From Rebecca billardiae RCC1528 (lineage: Eukaryota; Protista; Haptophyta), in contig OZ251230.1 in NCBI GenBank assembly GCA_965240325.2, positions 1,488,001 to 1,552,000 of the forward strand: a DNA stretch of 64,000 bases, in the 5' to 3' direction. Shown one piece after another: positions 1 through 12,618 of the stretch. The notes under the pieces were generated by a model. The model was not told the origin of the DNA. It saw only the letters and a program-made list of their open reading frames with translations, and searched no databases. Within the stretch, counting starts at the first letter, position 1; the number at the start of each line of letters is the position of its first letter. The position numbers and the translations under genes were made by a program.

Positions 1-22
1 AATGCTCTGACGGGTGGGCGGC

Positions 23-922
23 ATGGGCCCCAAGTGTGATCACGCGGGCTGCACCAAGTGGCCTTCATTCGGCATGCCGGGCGACGCGCGCGCCAGCCGG
101 TGCGCTGCGCACAAGCTGGCCGGCATGGTCAACGTGGTGAGCCCCAAGTGTGGTCACGCCGGCTGCACCAAGCAGCCTCACTTCGGCATGCCGGGCGACG
201 CGTGCGCCAGCCGGTGCGCTACGCACAAGCTGGCGGGCATGGTCGACGTGAAGCACCCCAAGTGTGATCACACCGGCTGCACCAAGGGGCCTTCGTTCGG
301 CATGCCGGGCGACGCGCGCGCCAGCCGTTGCGCTACGCACAAGCTGGCCGGCATGGTCGACGTGAAGCACCCCAAGTGTGATCACACCGGCTGCACCAAG
401 GAGCCTTCGTTCGGCATGCCGGACGACGCGCGCGCCAGCCGTTGCGCTACGCACAAGCTGGCCGGCATGGTATGCAGTCGGCTCGCCGTCCCCAAGCGCA
501 GGCTGGAGCATGGCGCCGGCGACCAGGGCACGCGCGCCGCGAAGCGACAGCACAAACACAGCAGCAGCATTGTGGCTGTGTCGGACGCCGCGCCGCAGCT
601 GCCCCCACCGCCGCCGCTGGTCGCAGTCAGCATCGTCCGCTGGCGCTCGCCAGATGGCACGATCCATTCGGTTGACGACGGGGTGGTCAATGATGGTGCC
701 TGGGCCCTGGACGAGCGGTATCAGCGTGGTAACGCAGGTGACGACGCAGTCCGGGCTGCCCCTGGCAGCTTTGACCAGGGTCTACCAGGACTACCGTCAT
801 CGTCGATGGCGGCGGGAGCAGCACGACTGCAGCAACCACAGGACATACCTGTGGTGATGGCCAGGAGGGTGGTCCGCGACCGCGCACGGGCTGATGAAGC
901 CGTGAAGCGTGGCTCGTCGTGA
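23..922 (+). CDS. EsV-1-7-type cysteine-rich repeat protein with low-complexity C-terminus; 5' end may lie outside the window or be spliced
   Basis: Four 38-aa repeats KCxHxGCTKxPxFGMPGDARASRCAxHKLAGMV match the EsV-1-7 Cys/His repeat pattern; basic patch PKRR...AAKRQHK follows. Confidence 0.8.
   Translation: MGPKCDHAGCTKWPSFGMPGDARASRCAAHKLAGMVNVVSPKCGHAGCTKQPHFGMPGDACASRCATHKLAGMVDVKHPKCDHTGCTKGPSFGMPGDARASRCATHKLAGMVDVKHPKCDHTGCTKEPSFGMPDDARASRCATHKLAGMVCSRLAVPKRRLEHGAGDQGTRAAKRQHKHSSSIVAVSDAAPQLPPPPPLVAVSIVRWRSPDGTIHSVDDGVVNDGAWALDERYQRGNAGDDAVRAAPGSFDQGLPGLPSSSMAAGAARLQQPQDIPVVMARRVVRDRARADEAVKRGSS
29..471 (+). repeat. 114-bp coding tandem repeat, about 4 copies
   Basis: Near-identical units start cccaagtgtg at about 29, 143, 257 and 371. 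Confidence 0.95.
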
Positions 923-1963
923 TGATCTTCCAACGATCATCCCGACGAGCTTCCGTTCGAGCGAGTGCTGGCATCGTGATCGGGCCGCCGATTGCAGCGA
1001 AATCCGAGACGGCCAGGCCGGGCACCGGGCCGCCGGGCACGGCTGAGAAGTTGATGACTTCGGCACCGCGCTCGACTTCACGTCCCTGTTCCGCTCTGAA
1101 AATCGACCGGCGCCCCTGACTCACGGCCGGCAAGGGCTGGCCCATCGAGCTGCTCATGTGAGACCTTATTCTGCTGCTGTATTCAAGTAGCTAGATGATG
1201 AATCAAATTCAATTCACTCACAGACCGACTCACCAGTCACCGAGAGTCACCCGCGTGACTCTTGTCAAGGACAAGTTACACTAGTGAGTGAGTGAGTCTA
1301 ACAGCGGACTAGTGACTGGGACCTGCCACTCAGCCAGGCCCAGGGCTCCGCACATCCGACATCGGCACGCTCGGCAGGCAGCTGGTGAGCTGCCCTTATT
1401 CCCGGAGGCGTGCGCGATGGCGCAGAAGCACGGCCACGGCCGCACGGGCCCGACACTGCGGAGAGTGCGGTGCATCTGCTCGACGTGGACCGTTACTGCT
1501 CGAGCACTGGCCTGACGCCCTGACTGACGAGTGACGGCTGACGCGGTAGTCGCGAGCTCGGAGCTGCTCGCGTGCAGCACGGGCCACGGCCTCCAGCACG
1601 GCCCGGGCGACTGGCGCTTCCGCCTGCGAGCCGCTGCCACCTAAACCAACTCTCCGACGACTCTCACTCTGACGATGTGACGATGTGTCGATAATGATGC
1701 GCAAAAGCGACGTAACCAGAGTGACTAACTGGTAGTCCCTGTTGACTCATAAGTATACAGTAGCATGGGCCTTGTCCTTGACAGTGTGATGACAGTAGTA
1801 CTGCTTACTGGCACCGCCCTTGCTGCCACTGGTCTGACAACTGAAACACGCACGGGCATTCAGTGCACAGTCCGGCTCAGCGGCTTGGAAGTCCGGCTGG
1901 TGCCGTCTTGTACTCTTTGTTCGAACTGAAGCGAGCAGCGGAGATTCCGCCATCGCGACATCC

Positions 1964-2410
1964 ATGGCTGAGCAAGTGCGTCGCACGCTGGGCAGATTCA
2001 ACCAGCGCTTCTGGGACGCGGCAAACGCCACCCAGGCGTTCTACGAGCGGCGTCAGACCCTCATCACCGTCTCTGCGACGCTCGCGTCATGCGCAGCGGC
2101 GTACTGGACGTACTTGTCGCGCGTCGCGCACCAGCGGCAGCTGGAGCAGCAGATCGCCGCCATCCACGCCAACCTCGAGAAGAGCCACAAGGTCCAGCCC
2201 ACGCCACCGCCCAAGGTGAACGGGCGGCTTGACTACTTGCTACCCGTGGCAATCGGCACGTTCGTCCTTGGGTACGGCGCGGGCTTCAGGCACGGGCGCT
2301 CGCCGAAGGGCACGGGGGGCACATGGCCTGAGTTCGGCTCAGTGACGACGTGGACAGCACCCGGGGGGTGGAGAACGAGCAAGGCGCCACCTCGAGACCC
2401 CTCGCCTTAA
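1964..2410 (+). CDS. Small putative membrane protein with two hydrophobic segments flanking a short coiled coil
   Basis: ATG-initiated, GC3-rich codons; LITVSATLASCAAAYWTYL and YLLPVAIGTFVLGYGAGF are hydrophobic. Confidence 0.6.
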   Translation: MAEQVRRTLGRFNQRFWDAANATQAFYERRQTLITVSATLASCAAAYWTYLSRVAHQRQLEQQIAAIHANLEKSHKVQPTPPPKVNGRLDYLLPVAIGTFVLGYGAGFRHGRSPKGTGGTWPEFGSVTTWTAPGGWRTSKAPPRDPSP

Positions 2411-4641
2411 TGCACGCACTCTTATGCCTGGCGATTGCTCTCGCCCCCGTGCACTCGCGGCACGTATTCACGTGGTGATCATCAGCCATTAGTAACTGTT
2501 TTGTAGTTACCCTCTCCACCCTTCCGCCGCTCACGATCCGCGGCACTCGTCCGCCGGGCGTCGCGATACGCCATACGGCACTGGCTGCAGCCGTACCGCA
2601 GCGGCGCCGCGCAGCATGGCAGCACGCGCACCCTGCAGGCCTGCTGGCAGCAGCTAACCTGGCGGCAGTCCGCCGCAGGACCGCCGAGGCGCACGGTGCC
2701 AGAGTCCCGCCACTCACTAGTTACTTGTCACGGAGAGACATTCGGAGTGGCATGCTCATGGTCACTACTTACAGACAATACCGTTTATAATTAAGTTATT
2801 ACTGCTGCGGTCCGCAACTCCGCATCACAGTGACAGACAGACGACGCAGTCGCGTCGTCGGTCTGTGTTTATTTATAATAAGAATTCCGCGATGCCGCGA
2901 TGCGGCGATCACCGCTGCAATGGCCGACGCGCATCAGCTGAAGAGTGAATCTGAATGAAGGGACGATCACACGATCAGTGATTGCATTTGCGGCGGGGAT
3001 TATTCATTATTATTGCACCGTCTGTCCGCCACACTGCCACTGGCCGTGCCCGTGGCTGGCCGTGCCCGTGGCAGTCGCTGAATGGAGCCTGATGCTGTTC
3101 AGCTCAGTAGCTACTAGCTACTATACGTGACTCCGACATGATGATGCATGCATTATACTGCTTATAGTTATCAGAGTATTAGTAATAGTTAGCATCTGAG
3201 CAGCTGTGACAGTTAGTAATAAATAACGACGTAATTCAGTTCGGAGTGTCTCGCGGCGGGCGGGCCGAGCGCGCGGGTCGCCAGCTGACCCCGCGACGTT
3301 CGATTCGACTGCTCTGCGCTGGCACGTGCACGCGGAGATCAACCACACGCAGCGGGTCCGGGATAGGCACTGGCACCCTCTTTCTCCAGCCGGCCGCCGG
3401 CTGCATCGCCTCGGGGGGCGATGCAGCAGGTGGACGCCGCTGCACCCATCTGGCCCTTGGCGCTGGCCTCCACCGTGCCCCTCGCTCCACCCTAGGTGGG
3501 ACAGGGGGTGCGGGGTGTGACGAGCCCAGGGGCCAGGTTCCCCAGCATCAAGCACTGCATCTGCAGCAGCCCGCCGGCGGGCCGGGCTGCGACATCGACT
3601 ACCACCTCATCTGCTTTATCGCCCAGAGCGCGCTAGGCGGCGCGCTCACTCTCCAAGCCCCTCTTCTGCAGCTGCGCGCCGCTTGGCCGGCGCGCGGCGA
3701 CGCGTACTACGACCTCATCCTCATCCAGGCGCCCACGCGGGCGCACGGGGGCGACAGCCGCGGCTGCCGCTTGCCGGAGCTGCTCGCCGCTAGGTCGGCG
3801 GGCGGCGACATCGACTACAACCTCACCCTCATCCAAGTGCTCCGGAAGGCGCTCGGCCGCGGCGGCATCTGCCGTCGCCGCCGCGTGCCCCAGGCCGAGG
3901 CGGTGCTCCATCCCGGCCCCGCTCCCGTAGCCGTAGGGGGGCAGGGCTGCGGGTTGTGGCGCACTGTCTGACGACCTGGACGGAAGGCGCGGACGCATTC
4001 TATGTGTCTGTTATTGCACTCTGAGCCTGACGCTTGTCCGATATATGCTGCCACGTCGTTATACAATGCGCGCGCTGATTCAATATAATGCATGCACAAT
4101 AATAATAATAGTAATCGCATTCGCTGATGTGACGATCATCGAGTCATGAATCATCGACTGACGAGGCGGGGATGTATCATGTAAATAAGTATTCGGAGCC
4201 TCTGTTATTCACTCCTGCCCGCTGTCACGGCGGGAGTGATGGACCTTGGAGCCCACTGCCTCTGCGTGCGGAGTCAAGCGGGGCTAAGTTGGCCGCGGGC
4301 GCGCAATGCTCGTGGCCCAAGCGACGGCCCTGCTCCCGAGGGCATTCCACGTCGCGCGCCCGTGGTGGTCTGGCGCACGCCCGCGCCGTCGATGGGCCGA
4401 GCGTGCACGGCCCGCGAGCGCGTGTCGCGCGTGTTGCGCGCGGGCGCGCGGGACGGCGGGCGCGCTGTCACCGAGTCAGCGAGTGCAAACCCGCGCGATG
4501 ACGGTGGTGAATAAATTGAAGCAGCCGCGGACCCGCGGGCTGGGCTGGGCCACGCCCGGCGCGCAGCGCGTCGCCGCTCGGCGGCGCACGCGCCGCGCCG
4601 GCCTCTCGCGCGAGCTCGCCCGCGGCGCGCGTGCGTGGCGC

Positions 4642-7600
4642 TCAGCAGTCGCGCCGGCTGATCACGTTCTGCGCCTCGTCGCGCTCGAAGCCGTGCGTCG
4701 AGAAGAGCGTCGACTTGTAGAAGGGCGCGACGTCGTACACGTTGTGCTCACGCGCGCGGTCCTCAAAGTCGGCGCACGAGATCGAGATGTCGGGGGGCGG
4801 GACGAGGTCGTCGGTCACGCCGCGCGCGCGGCGCAGCTCGCGCTGCTCCTCCGTCGCCGTGGCGAAGAGCCTACGCGCGCGCCGCGCGGACGGGCGGGCG
4901 GACGGCGCGGGTGAGCACAGCGAACACGGCCGAGTGCGCGCGCAGCGCGGCGCGCGCCGCCGCGCCCAAGCCGCGCGCCCCGCCGCGCCGCGCGCCGCGC
5001 CGCGCCGCTGGGTGCGCACCGGCTGAGGACGAAGAAGAGGAGCTCGTCAATGTCCGCGCGTAGGTTGAGGTAGCGCGCAAACTTGCGCTGGATCTGCTGC
5101 GCGATCGTGAGCTTCTGCGAGGCGATGAACGAGGAGAGCATCGTCGAGATGGCGAGGTCGATGTCGTCGTTGCGGACGTGCGAGCGCAGCTGCATCCGCG
5201 CGGACGCCTGCGGGGCGCGGCGTGGGGCGGGGAGGAGCGTGGTACCGCGTGGAGGAAAGGGCGCGGGAGGGAGGAGGGGCGTGGCGCGGCGGCGCGTGAG
5301 CGCTGCGGCGGGCGTGCGCGCGGGCCCCGCCTCCACGCGCGCCCCACCCTACCAGCCCCGCTGCCCACTCGCCCCGCGCCGCGCTCGCGCCATCCCGCGC
5401 GCGCGCGCACAGCGGCAGCCAGCAGGCGCAACTCGCGGCAGGCGCACACACGCAGCAGGCGCACACACGCGGCAGGCGCAACCCCCGGCAGGCGCAACCC
5501 CCGGCAGGCGCGCACACGCACCTCGGCGATGCGGATCAGAGACTCGAGGTGGCGCACGGCGACCACCAGCCCGCCGGACTTGTGTGACTCCCGCCGCAGC
5601 TCGGTGTAAAACTTGACGATCTTGTCCGTGTCCACGTCCTGCAGCACGGGGGAGCAGTGCGTGCGCGCGTACACGATGTACTTGCGCAGCAGGTCCTGCG
5701 AGATCGGCGCGCGGCCCGACGGCGAGTTGCGCGCGCGCAGCGCCGCCTCCGCCTCGCGCTCGCGCTGGCCCGCTCGACCCTCCTCCGCCTGCGCCTTCAC
5801 GTGGAGCGGGTGCGAGCGCGCGTGCGAGTCGAGGACGAACTCGGCGAGCTTCTCGTCGAGCACCGGGTTGGCCACGTCGCGCAGGATGCACGTCACGTCG
5901 AAGCGCGAGAGGATGGGCTCGGTCAGGTCGACGTTGTCCGCAAACGAGAGCGTCGACTCGTACCTGCCGCCGACCGGGTTGGCCGCGGCGATGACGGCGC
6001 AGCGCGCCTGCAGCGAGGTGACAATCCCCGCCTTCGAGATCGAGATGGACTGCTGCTCCATCGCCTCGTGGATCGACGTGCGGTCCTGCTCGTTCATCTT
6101 GTCGAACTCGTCGATCAGGCAGACGCCGCGGTCGGCCAGCACGAGCGCGCCGCCCTCCAGCGTCCACTCGCGCGTCACAGGGTCACGATGCACCAGCGCC
6201 GTCAGCCCGACGGCCGAGGCGCCCTGGCCCGTGGCGTACACGGCGCGCGGCGCGGTCTTCTCGATGTACTTGAGGAACTGCGACTTGGCCGTGCCCGGGT
6301 CGCCGAGCATCAGCACGTTGATGTCCCCGCGGATGCGGTGCTTGTTCTGCACGTCCTTGGCCTGGCCGCCGAACAGCGAGAGAGCGACCGCGCGCTTGAT
6401 GTCCGCGTGCCCGTAGATCGAGGGCGCGACGGACTCGAAGACGCGCTGCGTGACGGCGGGGTCGCGCGCGAGCGCGCGGATCTCCGCGGTCTCCTCGTCC
6501 GTCAGCTTGTGCACCGCGAAGTCCTCCGAGCGCTTGTGCACGTAGTTCGCCTCGATGAGCGTGGAGAACACGGGGAAGCCCGTGCGCTTGTTGAGTAGCG
6601 CGTCGTAGTTGTTCAGGTAGGTGCCGGTCACCTCGACCTCCTCGCCGGGGCGCGCGCAGTCGATGAGGTCGGCGAGGAGCACGACCTCCTTGTGCCGCGG
6701 GAGCCGCCCCGCGGGCACCGTGCCGGGCGACTCCTGCACCGTGATCTTCTGGTAGTTGCGGTAGACCGTCTGCTCGACGTTGAGCGTGAACGGCCCCTTC
6801 GACTGGCACTCGGTGCAGATGCCCGGACGCACCTCGGCGGTGGTCGCGCGCTGGACGAACGGGCCGAGCACGTTGCCGCACTTGGGGCAGTCGTACTTGA
6901 CGAGCTTGAGCTGCGGGAACACCTGCGTTCGGCGCGTCACCACGCCCGACACCTTCACCATGCAGCCGAGGTGCACCTGCCGCAGGTCGCGGATCGAGTC
7001 GTGAATCGGCAGGTCGACGATCCGCACGCGCACCTCCGCGTGGATGGACGAGTACGCGGGGAAGTAGGTGAGCGCGAAGCGCATCGCCTCCTCGTCGAGG
7101 ATGGGCAGCATCGCCGACGGGCAGCCCGCCACCCAGATCGCCAGGATCGGCACCGCGCGCGAGAGGTGCGGGTAGGAGACCTCGAGGCTCTCGAGGTTGT
7201 TCGAGCACATGTGTCGCACTGCCTCCATGTAGTAGTTCGTGCGCGCGCCCCCCGCGCCCGCGCCGTCGGACTCGGCGCCCTCGGGCACGTAGGTCTGGAG
7301 GAAGCGGAAGAAGAACCGCTTGATCGTCGCCGTGATGTTCGGCTGCGCGATCCACTCCTCCAGCGACATCTGCGTCGCGTCGAACGCGTCGAGCGCCGCG
7401 TCGGCCGCGCCGTCCGGGCCATCCTCCTCGCCGAGCCCGTCACCCTCGGCGGCCTCGGCGGCCTGCTGGTGGCGGCGGCGCTGGAAGCCCGCGTCGTCCT
7501 CGTCGCCCGAAGACTCGAGCAGCGCGCGCGGCCCGCGCTGCCGGCCGTACACCTCGCGCTCGTCGCGCGCGTTGAGCGCGGCCTCGGCCGCGAGGCGCGC

Positions 7601-7936
7601 GTCCACGTCGTCCTCGTACACGGCGTGGTCGAGGCCGTCCTCCTCGTACTGGTCGAGCCGGTCCATCGGGCGGTAATCGGCCTCCATGCCCTCGCCCACC
7701 AGCTCCTCGCCGTCCTCCTCCTCGTCCGTCGCGGCGCCACCCGCGGCCGCGCCCGCCGCGCGCGCGGGCGCATGCGGCGCGCCCGCGTCCGCGTCCTGCG
7801 ACGCGCCGGTGGTGAGCGGGTTGCCGTCGTCGTCGGTGTCGGCGGGGACGCCGTCGTCATCATCGGTCACCCCATCGATCCCCTCCTCCTCCTCCTCCTC
7901 CTCGCCCGGTCCCTGCGGCTCGTCGTCGCGCGCCAT
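4642..7936 (-). CDS. MCM2: DNA replication licensing factor MCM2, 3 exons: 7936-5522, 5207-5020, 4870-4642
   Basis: Acidic N-terminus with DYRPMDRLDQYE, Zn finger CPKC..CTEC, Walker A GDPGTAKSQ, IDEFDKM and SRFD arginine finger; GT-AG introns 5208-5521 and 4871-5019 restore the frame. Confidence 0.97.
5420..5520. repeat. Degenerate 14-17-bp tandem repeat (gcaggcgca-cacac/accccc) within MCM2 intron 1
   Basis: About 6 consecutive gcaggcgc-headed units. Confidence 0.75.
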
Positions 7937-8186
7937 CTGCTCAGCGTCCACGCTGCTCTTCGCGCGCGCGGCTCGCTCTGTGGCCCGCGCCCACGCTCGC
8001 TCGCGCAGAAAGCTGGCGTGCGAGCTCGCGAAGGCGCCAAGTTGAGGGCAGAGGGCGCGAAAACGGTCCGGGCGCACGGTGCAAGTCGTGCAAGTTGCAA
8101 CCCGGTAGCACGCAGCCGGACTCGGGCCGAGCTCCGATCGCCGACATTCTCGTCGTGGAGAGCTCGACAGGCTCGTGCCCTGACAC

Positions 8187-10914
8187 ATGGCGTCCGGCCA
8201 AGCCCTTGCCGGGGTGGTGGCGATGGTGTGCACACTCGTCGTGTGCGCGCACATGGGTGAGCGCGCGCGGGGGCGCGGGCGCGACGAACGCGCGGGTCTT
8301 GAAGCCATCCTGTCCCACGCGCGATCCCTCGCGTGGACCTGGCGGCCAGCCGCGGCCCTCGCTGCGCTACACGCGCGCTCGCAAGATTGCGCCGCTCACG
8401 CGGCGCCGTTGTGCCCCACCCACCCGACGTGCTCGACCGTTGCGCGCGTGCGCGCGCGCGCAGCGCTTGCACACGCGAGTGGTGTCGGCCTGCGGATACT
8501 TCCCACGCCGGCGCCCGCCTCCTCTCCGGCTCGCACCCGCTTCGACACGAGCACCTTCCGCAGGCGCCGCGTGCGTGGCGCGCGCGCGCACTGCGTCGCG
8601 CTGGGTGACAAAGAGGCGGCGGGCAGCGCGCAGCCCCCGGCGACGGACGCCGCGGAGGAGCTGAACTTCCTCGACGAGGACGAGGACGTCCCGTTCGACT
8701 TTGACGAGATCGACAGCCTGCCGCCGCTGCCGGACGCGCTCGCCGCGCAGCTCGGCCTCGCGGGTGTGGACCTGAGCGATGGCGCGCTGCGCGGCGCGGG
8801 GGAGGAGGAGGCGGGCGCGGGCGGGCGCGGCGGTGGCGGGCGGAAGCGCGCGGGGCGGCCCAAGGCGGGCGACGCCGCCGCGGTCGACGACGACGAGGAC
8901 GAGCTCGGCCTCGACTTCGACCTGCCGCCGTTTGCGGGCGGCGGCGGCGGCGGCGGCGCGGACGGCGCTGAGGGCGCGCTGAGTGCGGAGGAGGACGCGG
9001 CGGCGGCGGCGGCGGCGGCGCGCGTGGTGGGCGCGGTCGCGGGCGCGATGGAGGGCGTGGACGACGACGTCGACGACCTCGTCGGCAGCGCCGTCGACCA
9101 GCTCATGCTCGACGACGACGACGACGATGACGTGGTGACACCCGCGCCCAAATCGTCCGCGCGTGGCAAGCGGCGCGGCCGCGCGAGCAAAGTGGGCGCC
9201 GGCGACGAGGAGGACGGCGGCGGCGACGAGGAGGAGCCCGAGTTCGGGCCGCTCGAGGCCGCCGCCGTGCCCTCGCCCTCCGACCTCAACATCGACGAGA
9301 ACGACGAGGACTCGGTCATCGGCGTCGCCGCCGTCGACGACGACGCGCCCGTCGCCGACGATGATGACGCTGACGGCACCGCCGGCGCCGACATCGACGA
9401 CGAGCTCGAGGAGGAGGAGGAGGAGGACGACTTGGACGACGACGACGACGTGGTCGCCGTGCTCAAGGCGACGAACAACGCCGGCTTCGGCTCCGACCTG
9501 CGCGCGCCGCGCGTGCCAGCCGAGGGCGCGGCCGACGGCGCCGCGGACGGTCTCGAGGCGGACGCGGTGCCAGAGGACGTCAACTTGCTGTCGGTCTTCG
9601 AAGACGAGCTGAGCGTCGACGGGACGGGCGAGCTGGTCGACGGGATGGGCAACCTGTGGAGCGGCGTGAGCTTCGCCGACGCCGCCGAGGGCAGCGACAT
9701 CGCCACCGAGCTCAGCGACGACGACCTCGCCGCCAAGATGGGCGAGTACCTGGCTACTGACCCCCGCTGGAAGCGTTCAAAAGTGCTTGCTTTCCTCAAG
9801 GAGTCGCTGGCGGAGGACGAGGTGCTGCTCGAGGTGCGCTCGTCGGTGGTGGTGGACGACGACGACGAGGAGTTCGACGAGGACGAGCCGCTCGACGATC
9901 GCGCGCTCGCCGCCATCGAGTGCGCGCTCCGCGCGCGTGCGCGAGACAGCCGCTCTGCGCGCGCGCGCCTGCGTGTTGTGCGCGTGCGCGCCTGCGTGTT
10001 GTGCGCGTGCGCGCCTGCGCGCCTGCGCGCCTGCGCGCCTGCGCGCCTGCGCTCGGCCTGTCTCATCCTCATCGCGCGCTCTGCGCCGGGTGCCCGCCGC
10101 TCGGACCCCTCCCGCCCGCGCGCCCGCCCGCCGCGCAGCGCCTTCTGGGCCGACGCCGCGCCGCTGCCGGCGCTCACCACGCCCGACGACCTCGGCGTGC
10201 CGCGAGATGTGGACCAGATTGCGCGCGTGCGCATGAGCCTCGTCGCGATGCTGGCGGACGAAGCCTGCGTCAAGGAGCTGGGGGCGGAGCTGACGGAGCG
10301 CGCGACGGTGCTCGCGCAGGTGCGCGGCGCGAGGGGCCGCGCGCCGTCCGCGGCGGGGCGCCAAGCGCCTCAGCCTCCGAGCACGTGCCTCCCGCCGCTG
10401 CACGCCGCGCGCTCGTGCGCGCGCGTGCGGTCGCGCGCGCGTGCGAGCGTGCTCGCGCGTGCGCTCACGTGTGTGTGCGCTCGTGCGCCTCGTGCGCTCG
10501 GCGCCGCGTGCGCAGGAGCTGCGCCACACGTCCGACATGCTGGTGGAGACCAAGAAGGAGGGCTGGAAGCTCAACTACTGCCCCTTCCTCAAGGTGCGCC
10601 GCCCCCGCGCGGAGGCGGCTTGCGCCTCCGCGCGCGCACGCTCGCGGTGCGGCGGCGGCGGCCATGCTGCTCGCTCACGCGCGCGCGCGCGCGCGCACAT
10701 CCCCACCTGCCCCCCGCTGGGCGTGTCTCCGACGGCCGGCCGCCCTCCGCTGCGGGCGCGCAGGAGGCCATCGAGCTTGTCGACCAGCACGCCCCTGAGG
10801 AGTACCGTGCGTCGGGAGAGGCGGACGGCATCTCAGAGCCCACGCTCCCCGAGGAGCTGCGCGGGGCTTACGTGATCGCTCCCGCGCAGCGCCCGGCGCC
10901 GGCGAAGCCTCCGT

Positions 10915-10947
<33 letters not shown>

Positions 10948-11147
10948 AGGACGCGGCAGCGCAGCGCATGGCCGAGGCGGGCGGGCCGGACGCACCGTGG
11001 CCGGAGGCGGCGACGGGCGTGCCCCCTCCCGGCGTGCCCGTGAGCACAGGCTCCGACTGGGAGCAGGATGGCACCGGCATTGACGACGCGGCGTTGGATG
11101 CCGCGCTGCGCGGCCTCGACTCTCTCGACTCCGCGGAGCTTGAGGGC

Positions 11148-11179
<32 letters not shown>

Positions 11180-11639
11180 CGCCGAGGCCGCGCCCGGCCT
11201 CTCAGATGAGGCGCCGCCCGCGCAGCCGCCGCCGGCTGACGCGGGCGCTGACTTGGCCGCCGAGGCGGCAGCCGCCGCGCCCGCGCCGCCGCCAAAGAAG
11301 CGTGGCCGCAAGCCCAAGAGCGCGAGCCAACCGGCGGAGGCGGCGGAGGCGGCGGAGGCGGTTGTGGCCCCAGCGGCCAAGGCGAGTGCCACGCCGCCAG
11401 ATGCGGTGGCGCCCAAGCCCAAGCCTGCCAAGGCGGCGGCCCAGCCCAAAAAGCCCAAGAAGCCCAAGCCGACCGGGCTCGCTGCGCTCAAGGTGGTGGA
11501 GTTGCGCGAGGAGCTCTCAAAGCGCGGCCTCAAGACGAGCGGCCTCAAGGCGGTGCTCGTCGAGCGGCTGCAAGAGGCGATCGACGCGGAGAAGGCGGCA
11601 GGCTCGGGCGGAGGCGCTGACGCGGCCACGGGGGCATAA
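8187..11639 (+). CDS. Acidic low-complexity protein with C-terminal SAP DNA-binding domain and probable bipartite plastid leader; predicted introns 8257-8463, 9920-10138, 10320-10515, 10594-10763
   Basis: SAP motif LKVVELREELSKRGLKTSGLKAVLVERL; GTGAGC/GTGCGC...GCAG introns whose removal gives a clean frame. Confidence 0.8.
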
Positions 11640-11873
11640 CGGCCTGGCGTTCCGACCGTGGGCTGACCGCGGCGGTGGCGTGTGCTCAGCTGAAACGGCG
11701 TGGCAGTGCTGCTGCGGCCCGCCCCGGGCGTGGCGCCGGTGGCACTGGCAGTGGCCCGCGGGCCCCGCGCGGGACTCGGACGAATTGCCATCAGTTGCGG
11801 AGAGTGTCGTCGCGTGGCGGTCGGCGCTGTCACACCGCGCTGTATGATTATAATATGATATTCTCGTCGCTAC

Positions 11874-11977
11874 TAGAGAGAGAGAGAGAGAGTCAGTCTC
11901 AGTCTGTCAGAGAGAGTGAGATTGATCGGAGTCAGATACTCATACTGATGACAGGCTGTACATAGTGTGTGTGTATG

Positions 11978-12015
<38 letters not shown>

Positions 12016-12053
12016 TATCTGAGCCTGACGCTTGTCCGATGCTGCCACGTCGT

Positions 12054-12084
<31 letters not shown>
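11874..12084. repeat. (AG)n, (TG)n and (TA)n microsatellites between convergent genes
   Basis: Directly visible. Confidence 0.95.
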
Positions 12085-12087
<3 letters not shown>

Positions 12088-12618
12088 CTACTACGATTCA
12101 AGGCTATACTCAATACTGTCCGGTGTCTCAGTCTGACTCTGACGACGACTTCTCGGACTCGGACTCGGATGAGTCTGACTCTGAGCGGGCACTGATCTGC
12201 TGATCTGATCCGTGATGATTAAGCTATAGCGCTGTAAGCGCAGAGTCGTCCGGACTAGACGCGATCGCGGTACGGTCACTTCACAGTCGGCGAGCCGCGG
12301 CCCGGCGGCGGCCGGCGGCAGCCCGCCGCCGCCGGCCCGCGCCCGGGCCGCGCCGTCGGACTCCGCGGCGCCGGAGCCAGCCGTCGGGCGCCGAGCCGCA
12401 GCCGAGACGCCGGTGTCCGACGCGGGACGACCCGTGTCCCGTCCGGACCGGACACTGGTCCCGTTGGTCCGTGTCGGAGTGCGCGGTGCGGTATCGTCTA
12501 CGGTACTAAGTCTCGGGGGCCGAGCGCCAGCAGGCGGCGGGCGTCAGTCAGAACGGTTCGGTCAGTTTGTGGTCTAACATCAGCGCATTATGCGGCAGTG
12601 ACATGCAGTACTAAAATA

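Noticed and set aside
4871-8308. 1145-aa ORF taken as a single protein
   Set aside because: It is MCM2 exon 1 plus upstream sequence and intron read-through; the real gene is spliced
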